From: Candidatus Enterousia sp.
GTDB taxonomy: Bacteria; Pseudomonadota; Alphaproteobacteria; Rs-D84
Assembly (NCBI GenBank): GCA_045587125.1
Contig: JAZNBN010000006.1
Location: forward strand, 1,118 to 65,117
DNA: 64,000 bases
Direction of reading: 5' to 3'
Part shown: positions 19,011-28,109 of the stretch, piece by piece
Position numbering within the stretch: position 1 is the stretch's first letter
Layout of the letters: each line of letters opens with the position of its first letter
Notes under the pieces: generated by a model
What the model was told of the DNA's origin: nothing
Databases searched by the model: none
The model's input: the letters and a program-made list of their open reading frames with translations, nothing else
Made by a program: the position numbers and the translations under genes

Positions 19011-19370
19011 TTATTTCCTTTTACCAAGACCGGTTTTTTTTGCAATTTTGGAACGTTTACGTGAATAATTTGGTGCGACAAAGGGGTAATTATCTGGCAA
19101 TCCCCATTTTTCACGATATTGTTGCGGGGTCATATTAAACTTTCGTTTTATATACCTGCGCAACATAACATGCCATGTATTATCTTCCAGACATTGAATT
19201 TTATCATTCTGCACAGAATCTGCAATTTGTTGTGGTGTAACAGATGTTCCACGCAAAATCTCACGTGCATTATGCACAGCCTGGGCCATAGTTAAATTCG
19301 GGTTTGCAGACATTGCTGCAGCCGCCAAATTCGCAACTGCCAATGTAAAATCAGAATTTTTATTTACCAA
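19011..19370 (-). CDS. Ros/MucR-family transcriptional regulator (zinc ligands not conserved)
   Basis: The C-terminus MTPQQYREKWGLPDNYPFVAPNYSRKRSKIAKKTGLG is the Ros/MucR signature. I prefer the TTG start at 19368-19370 (AAGGA 9 nt upstream); an alternative ATG is at 19313. The 243-aa ORF-track version overlaps rarA and is rejected. Confidence 0.7.
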   Translation of the reverse strand: MVNKNSDFTLAVANLAAAAMSANPNLTMAQAVHNAREILRGTSVTPQQIADSVQNDKIQCLEDNTWHVMLRRYIKRKFNMTPQQYREKWGLPDNYPFVAPNYSRKRSKIAKKTGLGKRK

Positions 19371-19440
19371 CTTGCGAAATCCTTTGTAATTTAATAGAAT
19401 AATTATATCACAAATAAACAGATAATAAAAGCCAAGTAAA

Positions 19441-20709
19441 ATGACACGACCACTTGCAGATTTAATGCGTCCAAATACAATTGATGATATTGTCGGACAA
19501 ACGACATTATTGGGTGAAAACGGACTGGTCCGTCGTATGGTAGATAATAAAAAATTATCTAATTTAATTTTATGGGGACCGCCGGGGTGTGGAAAAACAA
19601 CCATTGCACGTGCATTGGCAAATTCTGTTGATATGGATTTTGTCCCTATGTCCGCTGTATTTTCTGGCACAGCCGACATTAAAAAGGCAATGGATGCTGC
19701 GCGCATGAATCGTGATATTGGTCGCAGCACGTTGTTATTCATAGATGAAATTCATCGCTTTAATAAAACACAACAAGATACATTATTGCCTTATTTAGAA
19801 GATGGCACAGTTGTATTTATGGGTGCGACCACTGAAAACCCCAGTTTTAATTTAAATAACGCATTGTTATCCAGATGTCATGTTGGTGTATTATCCGCCC
19901 TGTCCACCGAAGACCTGTTAATTTTAATAAAACGTGCCGAAAAATTCTTGGATAAAGAATTACCATTAACAGATGATGCACGCACACATTTGGCCCAGAT
20001 GGCAGACGGCGATGCACGATTTTTATTAAACACAGTTGAATATTTAATCAACGCGAATTTCAAAAAAGAATTATCACCAGACGAACTGGATAACGCTGTA
20101 CAAAAACGTGCCCCGATGTCTGACAAACATGGTGATGAACATTATAATTTAATATCTGCATTGCATAAATCCCTGCGGGCCAGTGATACAGATGCTGCAC
20201 TTTATTGGGCGGCACGCATGATGACGTCTGGCCAAGACCCAATGTATATTTTCCGCAGATTGACACGTTTTGCAGTTGAAGATGTTGGACTGGCAGATCC
20301 CAACGCATTACAAATCGCAATTTCCGCATGGCAGGCATACGAACGTCTTGGCAGTCCTGAGGGTGATTTAGCCCTGACACAATTGGTGATATATCTTGGC
20401 ACTGCACCGAAAAGCATTGGAAATTATCGTGCACAAAAATCGGCATACGCATCTGCCAAATCCACAGGCAGTTTAATGCCGCCAAAAAATATCTTAAACG
20501 CACCGACAAAATTAATGCGTGACCTGGGATATAACGAAGGTTACATTTATGACCCAGATACAGAATCCGGATTTTCTGGACAAAACTGTTTTCCGGACGG
20601 AATGCCACGCCAGAAATTTTATATACCTGTGGAACGTGGATTTGAACGTGAAATAAAAAAACGTCTTGATTACTGGGACGGATTACGTAAAAAGTTAAAC
20701 AAGAAATAA
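19441..20709 (+). CDS. rarA: replication-associated recombination protein A (AAA+ ATPase)
   Basis: 422 aa with Walker A GPPGCGKTT, Walker B LFIDEIHRFNK and a MgsA C-terminal domain (HYNLISALHKSLRASDTDAALYW). Confidence 0.92.
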   Translation: MTRPLADLMRPNTIDDIVGQTTLLGENGLVRRMVDNKKLSNLILWGPPGCGKTTIARALANSVDMDFVPMSAVFSGTADIKKAMDAARMNRDIGRSTLLFIDEIHRFNKTQQDTLLPYLEDGTVVFMGATTENPSFNLNNALLSRCHVGVLSALSTEDLLILIKRAEKFLDKELPLTDDARTHLAQMADGDARFLLNTVEYLINANFKKELSPDELDNAVQKRAPMSDKHGDEHYNLISALHKSLRASDTDAALYWAARMMTSGQDPMYIFRRLTRFAVEDVGLADPNALQIAISAWQAYERLGSPEGDLALTQLVIYLGTAPKSIGNYRAQKSAYASAKSTGSLMPPKNILNAPTKLMRDLGYNEGYIYDPDTESGFSGQNCFPDGMPRQKFYIPVERGFEREIKKRLDYWDGLRKKLNKK

Positions 20710-20733
20710 AAACGCCCCATTGGGGCATTTTTT
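20709..20733. terminator. hairpin between convergent rarA and an OMP gene
   Basis: aaaacgccccattggggcattttt: a gcccc/ggggc stem flanked by an A-run and a T-run. Confidence 0.7.
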
Positions 20734-20737
20734 ATTT

Positions 20738-21475
20738 TTAGAACAAAATATTCACCTGGGCACCGAACTGAATTTCATCACTTTCAAATTCATAATCAAT
20801 ATGTCCGACATATTGTGTGCGCCCATATTCACGAACTAATTTTGTATGCAACCATTCCTGGTCATAATCAGTTCCCTTGTATGGATCTTTACTGGTTGCC
20901 TTGCGAATTGTGAAACCTGCACCAAATCTCCAATCTGGGGCAATTCTGAAATAAGATTCCGGCGTAAAGTCAATAAAACTTACACCACGCAAATCATCAA
21001 ATACCCAATTTGATTTGATTGTTGCGGCCAACGTCAAACCTGCCCATTGACGTCCAAAACGCAACCCTGCGTAATATGTTGAATCCGCATAGTACGGTGT
21101 ACGAACGTGTGAACTGCCCCCGACTTTGAATCCCAACAATAAATCAGAGATCAAATTTGATTCTGTATCACCTGGTCGTCCCATACGGTACACTGCACCG
21201 AAATCTATGGCAGAAAAACCATCTTCATCACCATTAAAGTGATGTTGATAATGAACATTTGCACCAATACTTAGACGGCTGTTCATACCATAAGAAAAAC
21301 TTTGCCCTGCCCGTAAAGTATGATCCCAATACGCAACAGACGTTTTAGTTAAGACTTCTTCTGCCGCCTGCAAAAACAACGGATCAGACGTATCACGTGA
21401 TAAATCATTTGCAGACGATGCAAAAGGCATAGTAAACACCCCTGCAATTAAACAAACAGATAAAAATTTATACAT
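20738..21475 (-). CDS. outer-membrane beta-barrel protein (245 aa)
   Basis: Has a signal peptide (MPFASSA), alternating amphipathic beta-strand pattern, aromatic girdle residues and a C-terminal Phe (VNILF). Confidence 0.65.
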   Translation of the reverse strand: MYKFLSVCLIAGVFTMPFASSANDLSRDTSDPLFLQAAEEVLTKTSVAYWDHTLRAGQSFSYGMNSRLSIGANVHYQHHFNGDEDGFSAIDFGAVYRMGRPGDTESNLISDLLLGFKVGGSSHVRTPYYADSTYYAGLRFGRQWAGLTLAATIKSNWVFDDLRGVSFIDFTPESYFRIAPDWRFGAGFTIRKATSKDPYKGTDYDQEWLHTKLVREYGRTQYVGHIDYEFESDEIQFGAQVNILF

Positions 21476-21507
21476 ATTTTGACCCTCTCTCCACGATATT
21501 TATATGA

Positions 21508-22683
21508 TTAAAATTCAAACATTATCTGAACACCGGCACGTGTTTCATTGTATTTTTCAACATCTGCCTGACCAACCAAAGGTTGTGCAGCAGTTGCACT
21601 GTTTATCATATACAAATCTAATTGTTTATCACTTGCGCTGTCATAGAAAACAGTTTTCAGATATAAATTCAATGCGAACCAATCATTTGGTTGCCAACCA
21701 AATGCACCCTTGATTGATGCCTGGTTATGCCATTCATAGTTACCGAACACAGATTCCAAATGCAATGTCCAATCCTTGTTCAGCACAGAAAATACACCCA
21801 ATCCACCTTCTATATAGAACAAATTACTGGTCCCTGATTGATATGGAATATATATAGCCGCAGGATTTCCACCGGCATCTTTACCTTCCATACCAACGCC
21901 ATACGAATCGCCATCCAAAGACAAATACCAACCACGTCCAACACCATAAATTGTTGATGTTCCGACCTTGTAACCTGCCTTTAATTCCAAGATTACATTA
22001 TCAGAAAAATCTTTGTAATGCTGATAATATGCACTGGCCATTGCAATCCATTCTTCTGTATCAACGAATCTGCCCTGCAATCCCAAACCATAAACGCTTA
22101 ATTCACTACTGTCTGCTTTATCATCTGGGGAACCATCACTCCATTCAAATTTTACATCACTGGCATCAAACTGCGCCATTGCCATCAATGCCAATCTGTC
22201 TGTGATACCGAAACTTAAATCTTCTTTGACTGTAAATTGCGAAGTATTCCATTTACCTGTAATACCGGACAAACTGCCTGCATAAACTGGATCTGGGATA
22301 ATTGGGAATTCAAACGAAGCATCTGCATAAGACAAATCCGTGAACATACCAAATTTACCTTCTAACGGTTGATAGAAAGGATTTGCCAAGAAATATTTAC
22401 GCACCTGTCTGCCAACAACCGTAGCATTTTTTCTGGTTTGTGACTTACCAGTTTGATACATAGTTGTACGATTACCATTAATTGCATATCCACGATTTGC
22501 ACTGCTGGTTGTATATTTCTTAGAAGAAGTTTTTTGTGTTGTCTTTGAATAATTTACAGTTTTACGTGCAGATGGTAAATTTGCACTGGACGATGAACGT
22601 GTATAAACACGTGTTGCAGCATCTGCCCCAGACACACCCAAAATTGCGACCAAAGTGATAATAAATGAAAAATATTTACTCAT
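21508..22683 (-). CDS. outer-membrane beta-barrel protein with a basic Ser/Thr/Asn-rich N-terminal tract (391 aa)
   Basis: Signal peptide (GADA), about 90 aa of low-complexity basic segment, then a beta-barrel-like region ending in the OMP-type terminus VQIMFEF. Confidence 0.65.
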   Translation of the reverse strand: MSKYFSFIITLVAILGVSGADAATRVYTRSSSSANLPSARKTVNYSKTTQKTSSKKYTTSSANRGYAINGNRTTMYQTGKSQTRKNATVVGRQVRKYFLANPFYQPLEGKFGMFTDLSYADASFEFPIIPDPVYAGSLSGITGKWNTSQFTVKEDLSFGITDRLALMAMAQFDASDVKFEWSDGSPDDKADSSELSVYGLGLQGRFVDTEEWIAMASAYYQHYKDFSDNVILELKAGYKVGTSTIYGVGRGWYLSLDGDSYGVGMEGKDAGGNPAAIYIPYQSGTSNLFYIEGGLGVFSVLNKDWTLHLESVFGNYEWHNQASIKGAFGWQPNDWFALNLYLKTVFYDSASDKQLDLYMINSATAAQPLVGQADVEKYNETRAGVQIMFEF

Positions 22684-22767
22684 AATAAAGTTCTCCTTTG
22701 GGTAAAATTATACCATAAAAAAGCCCTATAAAAAAGAATAAAAACATGTAACAAGAAAAAAATTCCA

Positions 22768-22795
22768 ATAAAAAATCCCGCCATCTGGCGGGAAA
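22768..22795 (-). terminator. intrinsic terminator after the 730-aa gene
   Basis: The minus-sense sequence is cccgcc-agat-ggcggg followed by TTTTTT. Confidence 0.75.
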
Positions 22796-22797
22796 GT

Positions 22798-24990
22798 TTA
22801 TTCTTCGGTTTTTACTACTTTTTTCCAATTACGCAAACTGTCTTCTGGTGCCGTTACAGTTTTATCGTCCATATTCAAGGCTTCTCTTAAACAGCCTTCA
22901 CGCAACTTGGCAGAATTGAAAGTTTTTGTAGATTCTGAATAATCTTCCCAACTTTCTGTTTCTGTTGCGGCCCCATTCAAGATTTCATTTAATGTTACAA
23001 CGTTACGGCAAGTATTTTTCGTATAATCATTTGACCATACACATTTTTCACTATCCTGCAAATTGATAACACCAACGAATTGTGCACCTGATGGCTGACA
23101 AATCATTTCTTCATAGCAATGTGGAACATTTGCGATTTGCGCACAATATGTTTTGATACGAGATGTTGTCCAATTTGGTTCACTGTCTGCTGTTTCTTCA
23201 TAACATTCCCAAATTTCACTTAAACATTCGTTAAAGTTTGCATATGCAGTTTGAACAGAATTCAACACAGATTCTTTTTCTTCTGTTGCAAATTCCAAAC
23301 GTTTCTGTTGCAAAGCCTGTTGTGCAGCAACTTTTTGATAACCAATATTTTGTGCCATTACACGCAATTGTTCACCATAAACATCACAGTCTGCATTTGC
23401 GTCCAGCAAATATTTATTCATAATACTGCGACGTGCATCAGCCACCGGACCACGCAGATTTGAATACGGGTCACCATTGGCAGAATTATAACCAAAGCAA
23501 ACTGCACTATTATTTGTTGAAGTCGCTTTACGTTCAAACAATTCTATGTCACCATCACTGCCGACTGCTATTTTTGAATTATAGTTAAATGGACAATTGG
23601 TTGAAGATTGACCATCTGCACATTTTCCAATTCCACCCGCAGCAGTTGGGTTTCCGCATGCTTCATAAATACCGTTAAAGCAAGAATCCAATACACGGCT
23701 GCAAACATTGTTATGTGCAAATTCAAACAAATCATATCCCCATGTATTTGCCAATTTATCCGCAGAAGTTTCTGTTGATGTAAACGCGCCACCGATACCA
23801 CTTAAATTTCCAACAATAGTAGAAACATTATCCAACGCACCTGTCAGGCTGGTTGTATCATCTTTTAACAAAGTCTTTGTACTATCTTTTGCATCCGCCC
23901 ATGCCTGCAAAGAAGCCAATATATCAGAACTGCTGCCCTCTATATTATCGATATTAAACCCGAAATTATTACCACCTGCTGTATTATCTTGGCAATAAGA
24001 AGGCATTGTACAAGATGTTACTGCGGCACCATTATTATAAAAATTATGATTTGAACACCATGCTATGGCTTCTTCTGAACTTTGCCCATATTTACTTGTA
24101 ACCTCTTTCCAAGAAACACAGTTCATAACTTTTTCTGCATCTGTTAATTGAAAAGCCTGTGAAATATCTTTACCTTTGTTTGCAATCAACAATGCCAATT
24201 CACCAGATGCCTTAATCAATTCTTCATTTGCTGTTTCCAATTGTGATTCAGCATCTGCAAATGCTTTTACACGACCGGCACACGCACATCTGCGTTGTGC
24301 GGCATTACGTGCGGTACAAATTTCGTCCATACATGTATAATAAGATTCCATACAGTTACTGAACGCATCTGCAGAAATCAAACCTGTACTGGAATCAATA
24401 ATATTTGAATAATTACCTGTATACAATTTACTGTTCAAATAAGAATATGCGGTTGTCTGGGTGCCCTTGCTGCCACGGATTGCACTGCCCTGCAAAGAAA
24501 CACGTGCATTATCCACCATATCAGACGATGCGGTACGCGCACGAACATTACGTGTTAGGTTTGCATTTGCACGATTGATTGCACTTTTTGTGCGATTAAC
24601 AACATTACGTGATTTTGTCATATCTGCACGTTGATTTGCGATTTTATTTGTAGTACGTGCATTTGTACGTGTTGCGACCGCACGTGATTGAACCGCACGA
24701 TTTTGATTTACGTTTGCACGTGGATTATTTGTTGGTGCAACCGCAGTCCGTGCAACAGTTGCACGATTTGCAACCGAATTTGTTCCGCGTGGACTGGTAC
24801 GGCCAGACGTACGAACATTTGTACGCGTGCCCTGGGGCACAACAATTTCATTTGCATTCATTGGTGCGATTGGATCTGCAAAAACCGCCCTGATTGAAAC
24901 CAAAGTCGAACAAACAAAAAACGCCCCCGCCAACAAGAACACAGTTCCCATTGCATTTTTAACAGAACTTATGATTTTTTGACTTGTCAT
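22798..24990 (-). CDS. secreted Cys-rich protein (730 aa), member of a local family
   Basis: Signal peptide (VFADP), about 130 aa of Arg/Asn/Thr-rich tract, then about 40 Cys in paired motifs (FSNCMESYYTCMDEIC, NFNECLSEIWECYEE) plus coiled-coil segments. No known family recognised. Confidence 0.6.
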   Translation of the reverse strand: MTSQKIISSVKNAMGTVFLLAGAFFVCSTLVSIRAVFADPIAPMNANEIVVPQGTRTNVRTSGRTSPRGTNSVANRATVARTAVAPTNNPRANVNQNRAVQSRAVATRTNARTTNKIANQRADMTKSRNVVNRTKSAINRANANLTRNVRARTASSDMVDNARVSLQGSAIRGSKGTQTTAYSYLNSKLYTGNYSNIIDSSTGLISADAFSNCMESYYTCMDEICTARNAAQRRCACAGRVKAFADAESQLETANEELIKASGELALLIANKGKDISQAFQLTDAEKVMNCVSWKEVTSKYGQSSEEAIAWCSNHNFYNNGAAVTSCTMPSYCQDNTAGGNNFGFNIDNIEGSSSDILASLQAWADAKDSTKTLLKDDTTSLTGALDNVSTIVGNLSGIGGAFTSTETSADKLANTWGYDLFEFAHNNVCSRVLDSCFNGIYEACGNPTAAGGIGKCADGQSSTNCPFNYNSKIAVGSDGDIELFERKATSTNNSAVCFGYNSANGDPYSNLRGPVADARRSIMNKYLLDANADCDVYGEQLRVMAQNIGYQKVAAQQALQQKRLEFATEEKESVLNSVQTAYANFNECLSEIWECYEETADSEPNWTTSRIKTYCAQIANVPHCYEEMICQPSGAQFVGVINLQDSEKCVWSNDYTKNTCRNVVTLNEILNGAATETESWEDYSESTKTFNSAKLREGCLREALNMDDKTVTAPEDSLRNWKKVVKTEE

Positions 24991-25104
24991 AAATCTTTCC
25001 CCCTATTCCCCGTTTTCTGCGGGTTTCCTTTACTTTTTAAAATCATTCCACGGTGTGCAATGCACACTTATTTATATAATTATATCAATTTTTTTGATAT
25101 CTGT

Positions 25105-25140
25105 AAACAACAAATAAACACCCGCATGACCTGCGGGTGA
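25105..25140 (-). terminator. hairpin after the 257-aa gene
   Basis: cacccgca-tgacc-tgcgggtg: an 8-bp stem directly after the stop, with a T-rich tail (TTTATTTGTTG) in the minus sense. Confidence 0.6.
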
Positions 25141-25145
25141 TTTTT

Positions 25146-25919
25146 TTATCTGCTATTCCAACCTTTGGTATTATAACTTCGCTCTTGATCATTATAAGCA
25201 CGATACTGTGCCTGCAAACAATCTCTATAATATTCCATACAACTTTTAAACGCTTTACTTGATTTAATAGTAGATTTGGCAAAACAATTTTTATAGTCAT
25301 CTTCTGTTTTTTCAACACAACCTGACTTTCGTTCTGCGCCAAATTTCATCTCCTTCAAGGCTTTAAAATCGCCTGCCAACTGAGCCTTTAAATCTGATGT
25401 TACATCATTACCATAATTTGATGTACGTTCAACAATATCTAAATTTGTTTGATAACATTTTAAGATTTCTTCATCTTTATAAAGTCGTGAACAATTTTGT
25501 GTTCCTGCAATATTAACCCTGCTGTCATTTGAACTAAAATGACCCGATGAAGACGAAGATTTTTCAGAATCTGCACCTGCCATTTCAAACTTACTCATTG
25601 TAACGGCTTTTTCCAATTGGGTTTTAAAACGACGCAACATAGATTCCATTTGTTCATATTGCTTGTACATCTGTTGGGTAATCAGTGTCGTTTTCATACC
25701 AATAACTTCTTTCATTAACGCACGTTCATCAGCCCCCGGATTACCCGTCCGACCAATATTATATGCGTGCGTTGAACACAGGGCAAAATCAGGTGAAATT
25801 GCATCATTTGCATCATCTGCACATGAATCATTGGCACGCACGGCACACGGTCCAAACACAACCAACGCGATTAAAATCGCCCGCACAGATAATAAAAATT
25901 TCAACATACTTTTTTTCAT
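25146..25919 (-). CDS. secreted Cys-rich protein (257 aa), same local family
   Basis: Has a signal peptide (CAVRAND), a central coiled-coil (QQMYKQYEQMESMLRRFKTQLEK) and a C-terminal FKSCMEYYRDC motif that matches FSNCMESYYTC in the 730-aa protein. Confidence 0.6.
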   Translation of the reverse strand: MKKSMLKFLLSVRAILIALVVFGPCAVRANDSCADDANDAISPDFALCSTHAYNIGRTGNPGADERALMKEVIGMKTTLITQQMYKQYEQMESMLRRFKTQLEKAVTMSKFEMAGADSEKSSSSSGHFSSNDSRVNIAGTQNCSRLYKDEEILKCYQTNLDIVERTSNYGNDVTSDLKAQLAGDFKALKEMKFGAERKSGCVEKTEDDYKNCFAKSTIKSSKAFKSCMEYYRDCLQAQYRAYNDQERSYNTKGWNSR

Positions 25920-25930
25920 TTATTTTACTG

Positions 25931-26095
25931 TTATTTTAAACCTTTACTTACAACCTTGGCACCTTTGCATTCCTGTGTCACTGGATTGTAATTTTGACCG
26001 ACCGCACCACACTTGCGACACGCCCCATTGTTTTTACTCAGGTCAGCCACACCGCCAGTCTCAGCACAACTTGCTTGGCAAACCGCTCCCTCTCG
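25931..26095 (-). other. out-of-frame Cys-rich coding-like segment 3' of the 694-aa ORF (possible frameshifted gene end)
   Basis: My own translation of the adjacent frame gives REGAVCQASCAETGGVADLSKNNGACRKCGAVGQNYNPVTQECKGAKVVSKGLK*. This repeats the in-frame upstream pattern C.NGYGEYDPKTGTCSGEDGTEGRLLSKNN and ends 12 nt before the next gene. Confidence 0.5.
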
Positions 26096-28109
26096 TCAGG
26101 TCTAACCTGTTGTTTTTACTTAATAATCTACCTTCAGTTCCGTCTTCGCCCGAACACGTTCCCGTTTTAGGGTCATATTCCCCGTAACCATTTTTACATG
26201 CACACCACCCACCGTTACCTTGATACCATGTACCACCATATTCTTGACATTGTTTTTGTTCCTTTAAAATACAATCTCCATAATTATCGCGCACATAACC
26301 ATTTTTACAAATACAACCCTTACCATCCCATTCGGTACCCTCCTCTGAAACACACTGGGCCTTATCCGCTTTTGCAATAACATTACCAGAAATACAACAA
26401 TCTGCAGACACCACACATCTACCATTTTCCCCATTTTCACCACCTACCCAAGACACATCGCAACCATCATCAAACGTATACCCAGAGATCGATTGCGTAC
26501 ACCACTGTTTTTCTGTAACAGTCAAATTTGTATGACAACTATTTGTACTGCCCGCAGACAAATAACCATTTCTTACCACAATTTTTTCCAAATCATCATA
26601 CTTCACACACACATCTTTTGGCATTTGTCTACGACTAATGGCATTTTTCAACAAATCGTATCCATGTGGTGTCAACGAACAATACTTTACTTTTTCTAAA
26701 GTAGCATCACCTGCTCTGCTATACCTATTCTTTGTACCGGCATATTCTGGGGCATCTTGGGCCAACAAGCGTTCCAGTGTATCTAAATCCATTGTTGCGC
26801 CTTTGCGACTGGAACGGCGACCAAATATAGAAATTGAATCCAACGAAGATGTCGCACAACCAACACGCACAAATCCATCTGCGTCATGTTCATTACTTGA
26901 CACCCATTCACGCTGTAATGCGTCACTGCCTTCGTCTATTAAACTGATTAATGTACAACGCGGATCGTCTTGAGGCGGAACCGTCATTCCCGGTGTACAT
27001 TCGCCAACACCACGTGTCTGATCAGATTTCTGCGACTTTCCACCCACACAATTCAGCGGTTCATTATCACCACCTTCCTTGATTCTGTACTTATAATAAT
27101 CTGGACTACCATGATTAGCATACGCACACAAATATTTACCCCATTTATTACATGACCCGGACAACATCATAATAACATCAGAAACATCAACACCAACCGC
27201 CAATGCTGTTTCCAAGGCTTCGTACATTTCATCAACAATATTTTCGTATGGATCAATAAATCCCAATGCTTTGTCTTTGAACACCTTTACACGGTTTGGT
27301 CCTGAACAATTGTTCCCACGTGTATCACAACCTGCATATCTGAACGTGGTATCCATTGATTCTTTCAGATTTTTTAATGCAGCCTCGGCATTTTCAATTT
27401 TGGATAAAATTTCACCACCAACCTGTTCACGCAATAACACATCCGCAGAAACCCCAGATTCCACCGCAGCCTGTTGTGCCATGGTTAAACCCGTACTGGC
27501 CGATTCATTCATGCGTTGCTGGGCGGCGGCCGCTTCGGCCTGGGCATTTGCAACCATTTGTTTTTGTTCATTTAATGCAGCCTGCATTTGTTGCATTTGC
27601 TGGGCATTTTGCTGTTGCATTTGTTGTTGCATTTGCTGCATCTGCATTTGCATTTGTTGCATTTGCTGACTGTTACTGGCTGCGGCCGCGGCGGCAGCAG
27701 CCTGCTGTGCAGCCAACTGTTGCTGTTGCGATTTGGTATTTGCAGTCGCAACCAATTGTGCAGAAATATATTCAACCAAATCATTTCCGTATTGTTTACA
27801 TGTCGCATTACTGTTCACACACCCTGCAACAATCGGACGTGCCAAATCCAATGTTGTACAACCACCGCACTTTGGTTGTGCACAACGCAATATAACAGAA
27901 TTACAATTTCCAAAATCCGCAGTTGGCGCATTTGCAGCCGCAGTCAAAGTACGACTGTTTGTCATATTGTTCCAATTATTGTTGCTTGCAGACGCATTTC
28001 CACCATTCCACGCAGTCAAATTATTACCCGCAGTTGTTGCAACCTGGGCACCTGCGACACATGGCATGGCGCATAAAACCAATAAAAATAAGCGCTTAAT
28101 CAGTTTCAT
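26061..28109 (-). CDS. secreted Cys-rich protein with a poly-Gln/Met tract and EGF-like C-terminal repeats
   Basis: Start chosen at MKLIKRLFLLVLCAMPCVAGAQV (ATG 28107-28109, purine-rich RBS aagagag). Contains FGNCNSVILRCAQPKCGGC, an Ala/Gln/Met low-complexity coiled-coil, and repeats of type C.CKNGY....G.C at the C-terminus. Confidence 0.6.
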   Translation of the reverse strand: MKLIKRLFLLVLCAMPCVAGAQVATTAGNNLTAWNGGNASASNNNWNNMTNSRTLTAAANAPTADFGNCNSVILRCAQPKCGGCTTLDLARPIVAGCVNSNATCKQYGNDLVEYISAQLVATANTKSQQQQLAAQQAAAAAAAASNSQQMQQMQMQMQQMQQQMQQQNAQQMQQMQAALNEQKQMVANAQAEAAAAQQRMNESASTGLTMAQQAAVESGVSADVLLREQVGGEILSKIENAEAALKNLKESMDTTFRYAGCDTRGNNCSGPNRVKVFKDKALGFIDPYENIVDEMYEALETALAVGVDVSDVIMMLSGSCNKWGKYLCAYANHGSPDYYKYRIKEGGDNEPLNCVGGKSQKSDQTRGVGECTPGMTVPPQDDPRCTLISLIDEGSDALQREWVSSNEHDADGFVRVGCATSSLDSISIFGRRSSRKGATMDLDTLERLLAQDAPEYAGTKNRYSRAGDATLEKVKYCSLTPHGYDLLKNAISRRQMPKDVCVKYDDLEKIVVRNGYLSAGSTNSCHTNLTVTEKQWCTQSISGYTFDDGCDVSWVGGENGENGRCVVSADCCISGNVIAKADKAQCVSEEGTEWDGKGCICKNGYVRDNYGDCILKEQKQCQEYGGTWYQGNGGWCACKNGYGEYDPKTGTCSGEDGTEGRLLSKNNRLDLTRGSGLPSKLC

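Noticed and set aside
19371-19742. Upstream part of the 243-aa ORF containing the MucR-like domain.
   Set aside because: It overlaps the rarA coding region in antisense. Only the last ~100-120 aa resemble Ros/MucR, and a TTG with an AAGGA RBS at 19370 gives a family-typical length.
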